Part shown: positions 1 through 9,313 of the stretch, one piece after another
Position numbering within the stretch: the first letter of the stretch is position 1
Layout of the letters: every line of letters starts with the position of its first letter
Assembly: GCA_963832165.1 (NCBI GenBank)
Contig: CAWHTE010000006.1
Location: forward strand, 1 to 64,000
Source: an uncultured delta proteobacterium
GTDB lineage: Bacteria > Myxococcota_A > UBA9160 > SMWR01
Reading direction: 5' to 3'
Length of the DNA stretch: 64,000 bases
Notes under the pieces: model-generated
Seen by the model: only the letters and a program-made list of their open reading frames with translations
Told to the model about the DNA's origin: nothing
Database searches by the model: none
Made by a program: the position numbers and the translations under genes

Positions 1-1015
1 TGCAGCTCTCGAAGCTCTCGGGGTTGCCCTTGCCGCGCACGATGTAGCTCTTCGCGCCCATGCTGCCCGGAATGATGCCGAGGTCGCCCGCGCGCGCGCG
101 CAGCGCGCCCTTGCGCGTGACGAGCACGTCCTTGCCGTAGTGGTGCTCGCGCGACACGTAGTTGTGGTGGCAGTTGACCGCCCTCTCCTCCACCGCGAAC
201 GGCGGGATCCCCGCGCAGCCGCGCGCAGCCAGGATCACGGCGCGCATCATGAGCTCGCGGTTCGCGAGCGCATAACCCTGCGCCCACTCCACGGCTTCGA
301 CGTAGTCGGCGAAGTGCTCGCTGCCCTCGGGCAGGTATGCGAGGTCGGCGTCGGGAAGCTGGATCATCTCGCGCTCCATGTCCTCGCGCGCGAGCGCGAT
401 GAAATAGCGCCCGATCCGGTTGCCGACGCCGCGCGATCCGCTGTGCAACACGAACCACACGCGGTCTCCCTCGTCGAGACAGACCTCGATGAAGTGATTG
501 CCCGTGCCGAGCGTGCCGAGGTGGGTCACGTGGTTGACCTCGCGCAGCGCGGGATGCGCGTCCGCGATCCGCTCGAAGCCCGGCGCGAGCTGCGCCCAGA
601 CGCGTCCGACCGCGTCGGGAACCCTGCCCCACGCGCCCGCGTCGCGGCGGCGACCGCGCTTGCCGCCCGTGCGCCCGTGTGGCACCGCGCGCTCGATCGC
701 GGTGCGCAGCGCGCCCAGATCGTCGGGCAGATCGCTCGCGCGCAGGCTCGTGCGCGTGGCCATCATGCCGCAGCCGATGTCGACCCCGACCGCCGCGGGA
801 ATCACCGCGCCGACGGTGGGGATCACGCTGCCCACGGTCGCGCCGATCCCCCAGTGCACGTCGGGCATCGCGGCGACCCATTTGTGAATGAAGGGCAGGC
901 TCGCGACGTTGCGCAGCTGCTGGCGCGCCTCCTCCTCGAACGGCACGCCGCGCGTCCACGCCTTCACGGGCACGCCGCCGGGAGCCTGGGTCACCTCGGC
1001 CTGCGACGCGCTCAT
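1..1015 (-). CDS. rtcB: RtcB family RNA ligase (3' end runs off the window)
   Basis: Manual translation from ATG 1015 gives [45 protein letters not shown] and IIPGSMG, the RtcB motifs. ATGA overlap with the bioA stop. Confidence 0.95.
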   Translation of the reverse strand, partial: MSASQAEVTQAPGGVPVKAWTRGVPFEEEARQQLRNVASLPFIHKWVAAMPDVHWGIGATVGSVIPTVGAVIPAAVGVDIGCGMMATRTSLRASDLPDDLGALRTAIERAVPHGRTGGKRGRRRDAGAWGRVPDAVGRVWAQLAPGFERIADAHPALREVNHVTHLGTLGTGNHFIEVCLDEGDRVWFVLHSGSRGVGNRIGRYFIALAREDMEREMIQLPDADLAYLPEGSEHFADYVEAVEWAQGYALANRELMMRAVILAARGCAGIPPFAVEERAVNCHHNYVSREHHYGKDVLVTRKGALRARAGDLGIIPGSMGAKSYIVRGKGNPESFESC

Positions 1016-2301
1016 CGCGCGGTCGCCCCGATCACCTCGCAGATCGCACTCGTGATCCGCGCGACGTGGTCCGGCTCGGCGACGTAGGGCGGCATCGTGT
1101 AGACGAGCCGCCCGAACGGCCGGATCCAGACGCCCGCCTCGACGAACGCGGGCTGCACCACCGCCATGTCGACCGGCTCGTCGAGCTCGACCACGCCGAT
1201 CGCGCCCAGCACGCGCACGTCGGCGACGCCGCGCAGCGCGCGCGCGGGAGCGAGCCCCGCGGCCAGCCCGGACGCGATCTCCGCGACGCGCTCGCGCCAC
1301 GGCTCGGACGCGAGCAGGTCCAGGCTCGCTCCGGCCGCCGCACACGCGAGCGGATTGCCCATGAACGTGGGCCCGTGCATGAACACACCGGGCTCGCCGC
1401 GCCCGATCGCCTCGGCGATCGCGCTCGTCGCGAGCGTGGCGGCCAGGCTCAGCGTACCGCCCGTGAGCGCCTTGCCTACGCACAGGAGGTCGGGCGACAC
1501 GCCCGCGTGCTCGCACGCGAACATGCGACCCGTGCGCCCGAAGCCCGTCGCGATCTCGTCTGCGATCAGCAGAACGCCGTGCTCGTCGCAGAGCGCGCGC
1601 ACCTGCTTCAGGTAGTCCGGAGCGTAGAACCACATGCCGCCCGCGCCCTGGACGATCGGCTCGAGGATCACCGCGGCGAGCTCGTCGCGGTGCGCGCGCA
1701 GCAGATCGGAGATCCCGCTCCAGTGCTCTTCGCGACACGGCTCGTCGAACCGGCAGCGCGGTCGCTCGGCGAACAGCTGCACGGGCAGCGCGCCCGCGAA
1801 CAGCCCGTGCATGCCCGTCACGGGATCGCACACGGCCATCGCGCCGAACGTGTCGCCGTGATAGGCGCCGCGCAGCGCGAGCAGGCGCTTGCGGCGCGGC
1901 AGACCCTTCGCGTGCCAGTACTGGAGCGCGAGCTTGATCGCGATCTCGACCGCCACCGAGCCCGAGTCGCACAGGAACACGCGCGCGAGCCCGGCCGGTG
2001 CGAGATCGACCAGGCGCTCGCACAGCGACACGGCGGGCTCGTGGGTGAGTCCGCCGAACATCACGTGGGGCAGGCGCTCGAGCTGCGCGCGCACCGCGGC
2101 CTCGATGCGCGGATGGCGATAGCCGTGGATCGCGGACCACCACGACGACATCCCGTCGATCAGCTCGCGGCCGTCGGCGAGCCGCAGCATCACGCCGCTC
2201 GCGCTCTCGACGGGGAACAGCGGACCGGCGACCGGCGGGGCATAGGGGTGCCACACGACGCCCCGGTCGCGGGTCACGAGCGGATGTTCGCGGAATCCCA
2301 T
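1012..2301 (-). CDS. bioA: Adenosylmethionine-8-amino-7-oxononanoate transaminase
   Basis: [59 protein letters not shown]. Confidence 0.96.
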   Translation of the reverse strand: MGFREHPLVTRDRGVVWHPYAPPVAGPLFPVESASGVMLRLADGRELIDGMSSWWSAIHGYRHPRIEAAVRAQLERLPHVMFGGLTHEPAVSLCERLVDLAPAGLARVFLCDSGSVAVEIAIKLALQYWHAKGLPRRKRLLALRGAYHGDTFGAMAVCDPVTGMHGLFAGALPVQLFAERPRCRFDEPCREEHWSGISDLLRAHRDELAAVILEPIVQGAGGMWFYAPDYLKQVRALCDEHGVLLIADEIATGFGRTGRMFACEHAGVSPDLLCVGKALTGGTLSLAATLATSAIAEAIGRGEPGVFMHGPTFMGNPLACAAAGASLDLLASEPWRERVAEIASGLAAGLAPARALRGVADVRVLGAIGVVELDEPVDMAVVQPAFVEAGVWIRPFGRLVYTMPPYVAEPDHVARITSAICEVIGATAR

Positions 2302-2509
2302 GTGTTCACGCTAACCGACGCAGCGCGCGAAGCCCCTGCGAGAGGCCTTCACGATCGATCGAGTTCGACCGGATGGGGCATTTCTCCCGTTGCCATACGG
2401 CGCGGCCCTCACCATCCTAGTTTGGCGTACTAACTAAATCGCGGACCCTCTTCCCAGGGCTTCGCGCCTCTGGGACCGGGCATCCGCACACACGACGGGT
2501 GGCCCCTAC

Positions 2510-3673
2510 GTGACGTCCCCCACGATCCGCGTCCTCTTGATCGAAGACAGCCACGGCGATGCGCTCATGGTGACCAAGCGCCTCGCGCGCGAGAGCAGCG
2601 ACGGCGAGCGGATCGAGATCGAACGCACGGCGACGCTCTCCGAGGGGCTCGATCGGCTCGGCAAGGATCACACCGACGTCGTGCTGCTCGACCTGCACCT
2701 GCCCGACAGCTTCGGGTCCGACACGGTGCGGCGCGTGCGCGAGGCGTTCCCGACCATGCCGATCGTGGTGTTCACGAGCGGCGGCGATCCGGGCCTGCCG
2801 ATCCGCTCGCTCCACGCCGGCGCGCAGGACTACCTCTCCAAGGGCGACTTCGAGATGGAGCCGCTGGTCGCGCGGATGCGCGCCGCGATCGAGCGCATGA
2901 AGATCCGGGCCCAGCAGAAGCGCGTGCAGGACCAGCTCGAGGAGGCGGAGCGCATCCAGAGCCTCGGCGTGCTGGGCGCGGGCGCCTCGCTCAGCTTCCA
3001 CCAGCTGATCGGCGTCGTGCTCGAACACACCGAGGGAGCGCTCAGCGAGCTGGCGGGTATCGCGAGCGCCGCGGGCGCACAGCTGCACCTGCTCGACGCA
3101 CGCAAAGCGGCGCTGCGCGCGCTCGAGCTGGCCGCGGAGCTGCGCCACTACGCCGGACCCGAGCAGTGCGCGACGGAGTCGATCGACCTCGCGCAGTTCG
3201 TGTTGAACGAACGGCCTCACATCGAGGCGATCGCGGGCCCCGGCATCGAGATCGCGTACGACCTCGAGTCGCCCTCGCCGACGGTGTCCGCCAATCCGTT
3301 GGACCTGCGCCAGGTGCTGTTCAATCTCGTGATCAACGCGAGCGAGTCGATCCTGCCCGGCACGGGCCGGATCTGCATCCAGACCGGAACGATCTGGGCC
3401 GATCCCGAGCTGCTCACGATGGGCCGCGGTGCGCCCCAGGTCGGCGAAGGCCTGTACGCGCAGCTCTGCGTCGGCGATTCCGGACGCGGGCTCGACGCCG
3501 CCGCGCTGTCGCGGATCTTCGACAGCTTCTCCACGACCAAGCACGGCGTCCGCGGCATGGGCCTCGCCGCTGCGCTCAGCGCGCTGCGCCGAAACGGCGG
3601 ATGGATCGCCGCCGAGAACGAATCGACCGGTCGCGGTGCGCGCTGCCGAGTGCTGCTGCCGACCGCAAACTGA
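2510..3673 (+). CDS. Hybrid receiver-histidine kinase-like protein lacking the H-box His (copy 1)
   Basis: REC domain (LLIED, LLDLHLPD, YLSK); H-box region LGVLGAGASLSFHQLI; HATPase motifs QVLFNLVINA, DSGRG, FSTTK, GMGLA. Confidence 0.85.
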   Translation: MTSPTIRVLLIEDSHGDALMVTKRLARESSDGERIEIERTATLSEGLDRLGKDHTDVVLLDLHLPDSFGSDTVRRVREAFPTMPIVVFTSGGDPGLPIRSLHAGAQDYLSKGDFEMEPLVARMRAAIERMKIRAQQKRVQDQLEEAERIQSLGVLGAGASLSFHQLIGVVLEHTEGALSELAGIASAAGAQLHLLDARKAALRALELAAELRHYAGPEQCATESIDLAQFVLNERPHIEAIAGPGIEIAYDLESPSPTVSANPLDLRQVLFNLVINASESILPGTGRICIQTGTIWADPELLTMGRGAPQVGEGLYAQLCVGDSGRGLDAAALSRIFDSFSTTKHGVRGMGLAAALSALRRNGGWIAAENESTGRGARCRVLLPTAN

Positions 3674-3869
3674 TCGGCGGCGCGAGCCGCCTGTCCACAT
3701 TCATCGAGCGCGCTTAACAAACGGTTGCGCGCGGCGTTCACGACACCGACTGCCTGGGGCGAATCGCCCCTTCTGGCGGGGTTCTGGGCGCATTCGCGCG
3801 TTGCCTAGCATTGCGAGTGTTTATCGATCGATGAATACTAGTTTTCGAGTGAACACGGATCACGCCGAA

Positions 3870-5633
3870 ATGCTGTCGCCCCCGCTCCTGCCGACGACGA
3901 TCGATCCGCTGCGGCGCATAGCACGCCTGCACTTCGCGTTGATCGCGATCAGCACCGCACTCGTGGGAATGGTCGCGTTCGGTATCAGCGACGACTTCGA
4001 GCGCTCGGTACTCGCGCTCGCACTCGGTGTGTCGCTCGTAGCGGTCACCGCCATCTTGATCGGGACCTGGCGCATTGCCCGGCGCGAGCTCCACGAGCGC
4101 CGGCACACCGAGCGCGTGCTGCGCGAGAGCGAGTCGGTATTTCACCAGCTCGCCGAGAACGTGCGAGAGGTGTTCTACCTCTGTGAATGGCCGTCGGGCG
4201 GGCTGATCTTCGTGAGCCCCGCCTTCACGCGCGTCTGGGGGCGTGAGATCGGCGACGCGTTCAGCTTCAAGCTCGCTCACCCGTCCAGCTTTCGCCGCCA
4301 GTGGATCGACGAGATCGACGCGCGCGACCGCGAGCGCGTGCAGGAGCTCTGGGAGAGGCAGACGACTTCGGGCGGCTTCGACGCCGAGTACCGCATCACC
4401 CGCGGCGATGGTGAAGAGCGCTGGATCCACGACCGCGCGTTCCCGGTGCGCGATCGCGACGGCCTCGTGGTTCGCATCGCGGGCATCGCCGAAGACGTCA
4501 CCGACCGCACGCGCGGCGAGCTGCGCTCGCGCGACCTGATCGAGTCGGCTCCCGACGCGATGGTGATCATCGACGCCGCGGGCGAGATCGTGCTCGTCAA
4601 CGCACAGACCGAGAAGCTGTTCGGCTACGACCGCGCGGAGCTGGCCGGCGCGCCGATCGAGGTCCTGCTGCCCGAGCGCTATCGCGATCGGCACCGCGTG
4701 CACCGCGACAACTACCTCGCCGCGCCGCGTCTTCGCCCGATGGGGATGGGCATCGATCTCTACGCGCGCCGCAAGAGCGGCGAGGAGTTCCCGGTCGAGA
4801 TCAGCCTCTCCCCGCTCGAAACCGACATGGGTCCCGTGGTCTCGGCGGCGATCCGCGACATCACCGAAGTGCGCGTCGCGCAGCGCGAGCTCGCGCGCCA
4901 GCGCGACGCGCTCGAGAGCGCCAACCTGGACCTCGCGCGCTCGAATTCCGAGCTCGAGCAGTTCGCGTCGGTGGCCTCGCACGATCTCCAGGAGCCGCTG
5001 CGCAAGCTCGTATCGTTCTCGGAGCTCCTGCGGAGCGACCTCGGCAGCGATCTTCCCGAGCGCGCCGCGCAGGATCTCGAGTTCATCACCGACGCGGCGC
5101 GACGCATGCGCACGCTCGTGAAGGACCTGCTCACCCTCTCGCGCACCGGCACGGCGGAGATGAAGGTGCGCTCCGTGTCACTCGACGACTGCGTGGATCG
5201 CGTGATCGAAGCGCTCGATCTGCGCATCGCCGAGACGCGCGCCGTGATCACGCGCGATCCGCTGCCCGAGGTGAGCGGCGATCCCACGCTGCTCGAGGCG
5301 CTGTATCAGAACCTGCTCTCGAATGCGCTCAAGTTCGTCACGCCGGGAATGCCGCCGCGGATCCACCTCTCGGCGGCGCCGGCCCCCAACGACATCTGGG
5401 TCGTGGGCGTGGAGGACGAGGGGATCGGAATCGAGCCCGAGCGCGTGCAGGAGATCTTCCGGCCGTTCCGCCGGCTCCACTCCAACGACAAGTACCCGGG
5501 CACCGGGATCGGGCTCGCCATCGCTCGCAAGGCGATCGACCGGCACGGCGGCCGGCTCTGGGTCGAATCGGTCAAGGGTCAGGGCTCGCACTTCCGGTTC
5601 ACGTTGAGCGGCTCGTTGCGGGGTGTCTCGTGA
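3870..5633 (+). CDS. Membrane-anchored PAS-PAS sensor histidine kinase
   Basis: Two hydrophobic segments, two PAS/PAC domains, H-box ASHDLQEPLR, QNLLSNALKF, DEGIGI, GTGIGLA. Start could be 3831 or 3870. Confidence 0.92.
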   Translation: MLSPPLLPTTIDPLRRIARLHFALIAISTALVGMVAFGISDDFERSVLALALGVSLVAVTAILIGTWRIARRELHERRHTERVLRESESVFHQLAENVREVFYLCEWPSGGLIFVSPAFTRVWGREIGDAFSFKLAHPSSFRRQWIDEIDARDRERVQELWERQTTSGGFDAEYRITRGDGEERWIHDRAFPVRDRDGLVVRIAGIAEDVTDRTRGELRSRDLIESAPDAMVIIDAAGEIVLVNAQTEKLFGYDRAELAGAPIEVLLPERYRDRHRVHRDNYLAAPRLRPMGMGIDLYARRKSGEEFPVEISLSPLETDMGPVVSAAIRDITEVRVAQRELARQRDALESANLDLARSNSELEQFASVASHDLQEPLRKLVSFSELLRSDLGSDLPERAAQDLEFITDAARRMRTLVKDLLTLSRTGTAEMKVRSVSLDDCVDRVIEALDLRIAETRAVITRDPLPEVSGDPTLLEALYQNLLSNALKFVTPGMPPRIHLSAAPAPNDIWVVGVEDEGIGIEPERVQEIFRPFRRLHSNDKYPGTGIGLAIARKAIDRHGGRLWVESVKGQGSHFRFTLSGSLRGVS

Positions 5634-6094
5634 GCGATTCGCGGGCGAATGCGAACGCCGCCCCCAGCGCGCACCGCCCGGCGCGCGTGCTGCTCGTCGA
5701 CGACGACGCGGGCGATCAATACCTGGTGCGCCGCGCGCTCGTGAACGACGAGCGCAAGGCCGACCTGCTCGTGATCGACGACGGTGACACCGCGCTCGAC
5801 TATCTGCTGCGCCGCCCCGAGTCCGAGCTCGCGCGCCCGGACCTCGTCCTGCTCGATCTGAATCTGCCCGGCTGCGACGGGTTCGCCATCCTCTCGGCGG
5901 TGCGCAGCGACGCGCGGCTCGAAGCGATGCCTGTGGTCGTGATCTCGACCTCTTCGCGCGACCAGGACATCGAACAGAGCTACCGGCTCGGCTGCAACGC
6001 GTACGTGGTGAAGCCCGAGAGCGCCTCGACCTTCATCCAGGTGATCAACGCCGTGTCCAACTACTGGCTGAGTGTCGATCTTCTCGAAGAGTGA
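5630..6094 (+). CDS. Single-domain response regulator (Rcp1-like)
   Basis: LLVDDD, PDLVLLDLNLP, STSS, SYRLGCNAYVVKP; GTGA overlap with the kinase stop. Confidence 0.92.
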   Translation: MSDSRANANAAPSAHRPARVLLVDDDAGDQYLVRRALVNDERKADLLVIDDGDTALDYLLRRPESELARPDLVLLDLNLPGCDGFAILSAVRSDARLEAMPVVVISTSSRDQDIEQSYRLGCNAYVVKPESASTFIQVINAVSNYWLSVDLLEE

Positions 6095-6114
6095 AGATCA
6101 GAAGAGGAGCGAGC

Positions 6115-7287
6115 ATGCACGCGTCCCCGATCCGAGTGTTGTTGATCGAGGATGACATCGGCGATGCGCTGCTCGTGACACGGCGCCTCGAGCGCGAGCT
6201 GGGATCGCTCGAGAGCATCCGACTCGAGCGCGTCCAGACGCTCGCGGAGGGAATCGACCACCTCGGCAAGAAGAAGACGGACGTCGTTCTGCTCGACCTG
6301 CACCTCCCCGACAGCACCGGCTCCGACACGGTGCGCCGGCTGCGCGACGCCGATGCGATCGTGCCGATCGTGGTGTTCACGAGCGCGGCCGACGGGGACC
6401 TCGCGCTGCGCGCGCTCAAGGCGGGCGCCCAGGATTATCTGGGCAAGGGCGACTTCGAGACGGGTCCGTTGATCCACCGCTGCCTGCGCTATGCGATCGA
6501 GCGCACGCGCATGGTTTCCGAGCAGCACCGACTCCAGGAGCAGCTCGACGAAGCCGAGCGCATGCAGAGTCTGGGGGTGCTCGGCCTCGGCGCGGCATTC
6601 GGCTTCAACCAGCTGCTCGGTTCGGTGCTCGACCACACCGACGATGCGCTCACGGGGCTCGCCGACATCTCGGCGCCCTCGGACGTGCGGCTCCACCTGC
6701 TCGAGGCGCGCAAGTCGGCGCTGCGCGCGGTCGATCTCGCGGTGCAGCTGCGCGACTATGCGCGCGCCGATCGGGCGACGATGCGTTCGATCGACCTGAC
6801 CGAGTTCGTGCTGAGCGAGCGCCCGCAGCTCGAGGCGATCGCGGGAGCGTCGATCGCGCTCGAGCTCGACCTCGAGACGCCCGGCCCCGCGGTCTCGGCG
6901 AATCCGCTCGAGCTGCGCCAGCTCCTGTTCAATCTCGTGATCAACGCGGGTGAGGCGGTCCGGCCGGGCTCGGGCCAGATCCGGATCCAGACCGGCAGCC
7001 TGTGGGCCGACGCCGAGCTGCTCGCGTCGGGGCGCGGCGCACCCGATCTCACCGAGGGGCTCTACACGCTGCTCTCGGTGAGCGATTCGGGTCCCGGACT
7101 CGACGCCAACGCGCAATCGCGGCTCTTCGATCCGTTCTACACCACCAAGTTCATGGGGCGCGGCCTCGGCCTCGCGTCGGCGCTCGGCATGGTGCGCCGG
7201 CATGGCGGATGGATCGGCGCCGGCAACGATCCGACCGGACTCGGCGCGCGCTTCCAGATACTGCTGCCGTCGGAGAGGCTCGACTAG
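6115..7287 (+). CDS. Hybrid receiver-histidine kinase-like protein lacking the H-box His (copy 2)
   Basis: Full-length paralog of 2510-3673; H-box region LGVLGLGAAFGFNQLL; intact FDPFYTTK and GRGLGLA; GAGGAG RBS before ATG 6115. Confidence 0.87.
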   Translation: MHASPIRVLLIEDDIGDALLVTRRLERELGSLESIRLERVQTLAEGIDHLGKKKTDVVLLDLHLPDSTGSDTVRRLRDADAIVPIVVFTSAADGDLALRALKAGAQDYLGKGDFETGPLIHRCLRYAIERTRMVSEQHRLQEQLDEAERMQSLGVLGLGAAFGFNQLLGSVLDHTDDALTGLADISAPSDVRLHLLEARKSALRAVDLAVQLRDYARADRATMRSIDLTEFVLSERPQLEAIAGASIALELDLETPGPAVSANPLELRQLLFNLVINAGEAVRPGSGQIRIQTGSLWADAELLASGRGAPDLTEGLYTLLSVSDSGPGLDANAQSRLFDPFYTTKFMGRGLGLASALGMVRRHGGWIGAGNDPTGLGARFQILLPSERLD

Positions 7288-7349
7288 CCGCCCGGACCGA
7301 CACGTACGGCTCAACCTCCAGCTCGAGGACCGGCGTCGTGCGGGCGCGG

Positions 7350-7401
7350 GTTTGGCTTTGGAGGGATGTGTGGAGTCGATTCCTTCCCTCAAAAGCCAAA
7401 C
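7350..7401. repeat. 17-bp inverted repeat at the 3' end of the transposase
   Basis: gtttggctttggaggga (7350-7366) pairs with tccctcaaaagccaaac (7385-7401), one mismatch. Confidence 0.8.
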
Positions 7402-8113
7402 AGCCGGCCGGTTCGAGCAAGGCGGCGCGCTAGAGCAGCGCTCCCCGGCACCTCCGCGGGATCCACCAGCCCCCGCCGACGCCATCCTTCCCTCAAGAGC
7501 CAGAACCGCGGTGGCGCCACCGGTCGTGGGCCTTTGGCCTCCGCGATCGGCGGCGGCCGCTTCCAGCCGTCGAACCAGGCGCCAGACGAAGCGATGTCGA
7601 GCGCCACGGGCGGCGCACTTCCGTTCTTCTGGCGCCAATGCTTGCGCGCATTCAAGAGCACGTACGCGAGCGCATTCCGCACTTCGCGCGGCGTGCGCAG
7701 CACACGGAGGTGGTAACGACCAAAGAGCACCGGTCCCACGCGCTCGAACACCCGGTTCACGGTCCGCGCCAGCCGGATCCCCACCGACTTCATCCCGCGC
7801 CCCAGGGCCTCCTTGCCGGCGGCCTCGACCACGAAGTGCACGTGGTCGCGCTGGATCGAGTAGTGGCAGACGCGGAACTCGCCGCGCTCGCAGCCGCGGC
7901 GCAGGCGCGCCGCGAACTCGCGGACGAAGCGCCGATCTCGCAGCGAGGGAACATCACGCTGCATTCGCAGCGTGATGTGTGCCGGGCTGCCGCTTGCGGC
8001 ACTTTCGGCCGCTTGACGTGATGCACGGGCGGCCGCGCCGACGCGGGCTTGCGTCCCGCGCCTTCGCGCTTGCCGCCATGGCTGCGGAACTTCATCTCGA
8101 TCTGCTTCGCCAT
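7389..8113 (-). mobile_element. REP-associated tyrosine transposase (RAYT, Y1 HUH, IS200-like), frameshifted near 7994
   Basis: HITLR, HUH motif DHVHFVVE, GRYH and AYVLLNARKH in ORF 7389-8150. The natural-looking N-terminus MAKQIEMKFRSHGGKREGAGRKP is in another frame starting at ATG 8113. Confidence 0.85.
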
Positions 8114-8119
8114 CAACTT

Positions 8120-8150
8120 GAATATAGCTGTATTTATTATATTCGGTCAA
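8120..8150 (-). promoter_or_regulatory. Sigma70-like promoter with overlapping palindrome upstream of the transposase
   Basis: TTGACC (8150-8145), 18-nt spacer, TATATT (8126-8121), 7 nt before ATG 8113; inverted repeat gaatata-N11-tatattc (8120-8144); AT-rich patch in GC-rich DNA. Confidence 0.6.
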
Positions 8151-8330
8151 GAGTCGGACCGCAGATGGAGAAGAAGAGTCGAGGCTCGGATTGCCTCGCG
8201 CGGCCGACGGGGACCGCGCCGCCCTTCCCTAAGTGCAAAACAGCGCTCCGAACCGAGCGGCACTACCGCGCAACACCCGCCACGCCGCGCCAGTGCGCGC
8301 GAGACGAACGATCGTCGAACGGTGCTAGTC

Positions 8331-8873
8331 CTACGTTGAGCGCGCGGAGATCGGCACGCTAGCGAGGAGGAGAGTTAAGGGGTGCTTCAGGTGCAGACTC
8401 AAGCGGTGGCTGAGAGGGTGCTGGATTGGTCTCGGCGCAGGATCTGGGCCGCACGGGCCTCCGGGGATTACGAGATCCACCAACCAGAACGGCCCGCCGA
8501 CGAGCACCGCTCCGGTGATTGCCCCCGCTGCGGCCACGGAGCCCGCTACATACCCGAAAGCTTCCTTGCCCTTTCCGAACGGAGCGGCGGCTACGCCGGG
8601 CACGGCACCAGCCGCGAAGCCCACGAGCATCATCGGAAAACCACCGATCGCGACTCCCACGCCGCCGGGTACCTTGACTAGCGGCGTCGCATAGGAGTTA
8701 CCGTATCCGTCCCTTTCACCCAGGATGTCCTCTGCTGCCGCCTTGCAGAAATCCCACACCGAGGGTCCGCCGAACGCTTGCGCAGGCGATGCGAGTCCGA
8801 GCCAGACGGTCGCCACAACCTCTTCCCTAGTTCGCTGTCCGCATGACCCCTCCGGCCGATCAGGTCGGATCAT
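8331..8873 (-). CDS. Hypothetical Gly/Ala-rich membrane or exported protein; start uncertain
   Basis: Signal-like LASPAQA and a long hydrophobic glycine-rich stretch. An ATG at 8844 with GGAGG RBS is one base out of frame. Confidence 0.45.
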   Translation of the reverse strand: MIRPDRPEGSCGQRTREEVVATVWLGLASPAQAFGGPSVWDFCKAAAEDILGERDGYGNSYATPLVKVPGGVGVAIGGFPMMLVGFAAGAVPGVAAAPFGKGKEAFGYVAGSVAAAGAITGAVLVGGPFWLVDLVIPGGPCGPDPAPRPIQHPLSHRLSLHLKHPLTLLLASVPISARST

Positions 8874-9113
8874 AATGCCGCCTGATCGGCGATCCGATAC
8901 GAAGAGACATGGACCAAAGGACCGTCCTGCATCTCGGGATGCTCTGGCTTGCGTTTCTACTCGGCCACCCGATGGGGCGAGAGCAGCACAGCGAGCACAA
9001 CTGGAAGCCGTCCAAGGGTGGATTCATCGGGTTCCTGGTCGTGTGGATTGGGCTTCTGGTCTACGGCTCGGAGTGACCGACAGTGCTTCGAACCGGCGAG
9101 AGAGCTTCGCTGA

Positions 9114-9145
9114 GAGCCGCGGAAGGCGGGATCCGCCTTCGGCTC
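9114..9145. repeat. REP-like palindrome, copy 1
   Basis: ccgcggaaggcgggatccgccttcggct with stem gaaggcgg/ccgccttc; near-identical to 59099-59125. Confidence 0.7.
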
Positions 9146-9313
9146 GTGTCGCGCATAACAGATTAGATGCCAGCGTCACGTAGACGGGTCACCCGTTAGC
9201 CCTGTTCGGTTCGATCGACCTCGGGCTGACAACCGGCTCACTGCGCGGTGCGACTCGCACAGCGAGCAGGGTGTAAAGCCATAGGTCACCCCCGGGAAGC
9301 GTTGGAAAAACGC

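Noticed and set aside
3785..3800. GG-N10-GC spacing upstream of the PAS kinase (and a similar one near 51927) as sigma54 promoters
   Set aside because: Flanking bases match TGGCAC/TTGC poorly; expected by chance in GC-rich DNA
9153..9202. Possible integron attC site (GCATAAC ... GTTAGCC)
   Set aside because: About 50 bp, no L-box palindrome, and no integrase or cassette array in the window
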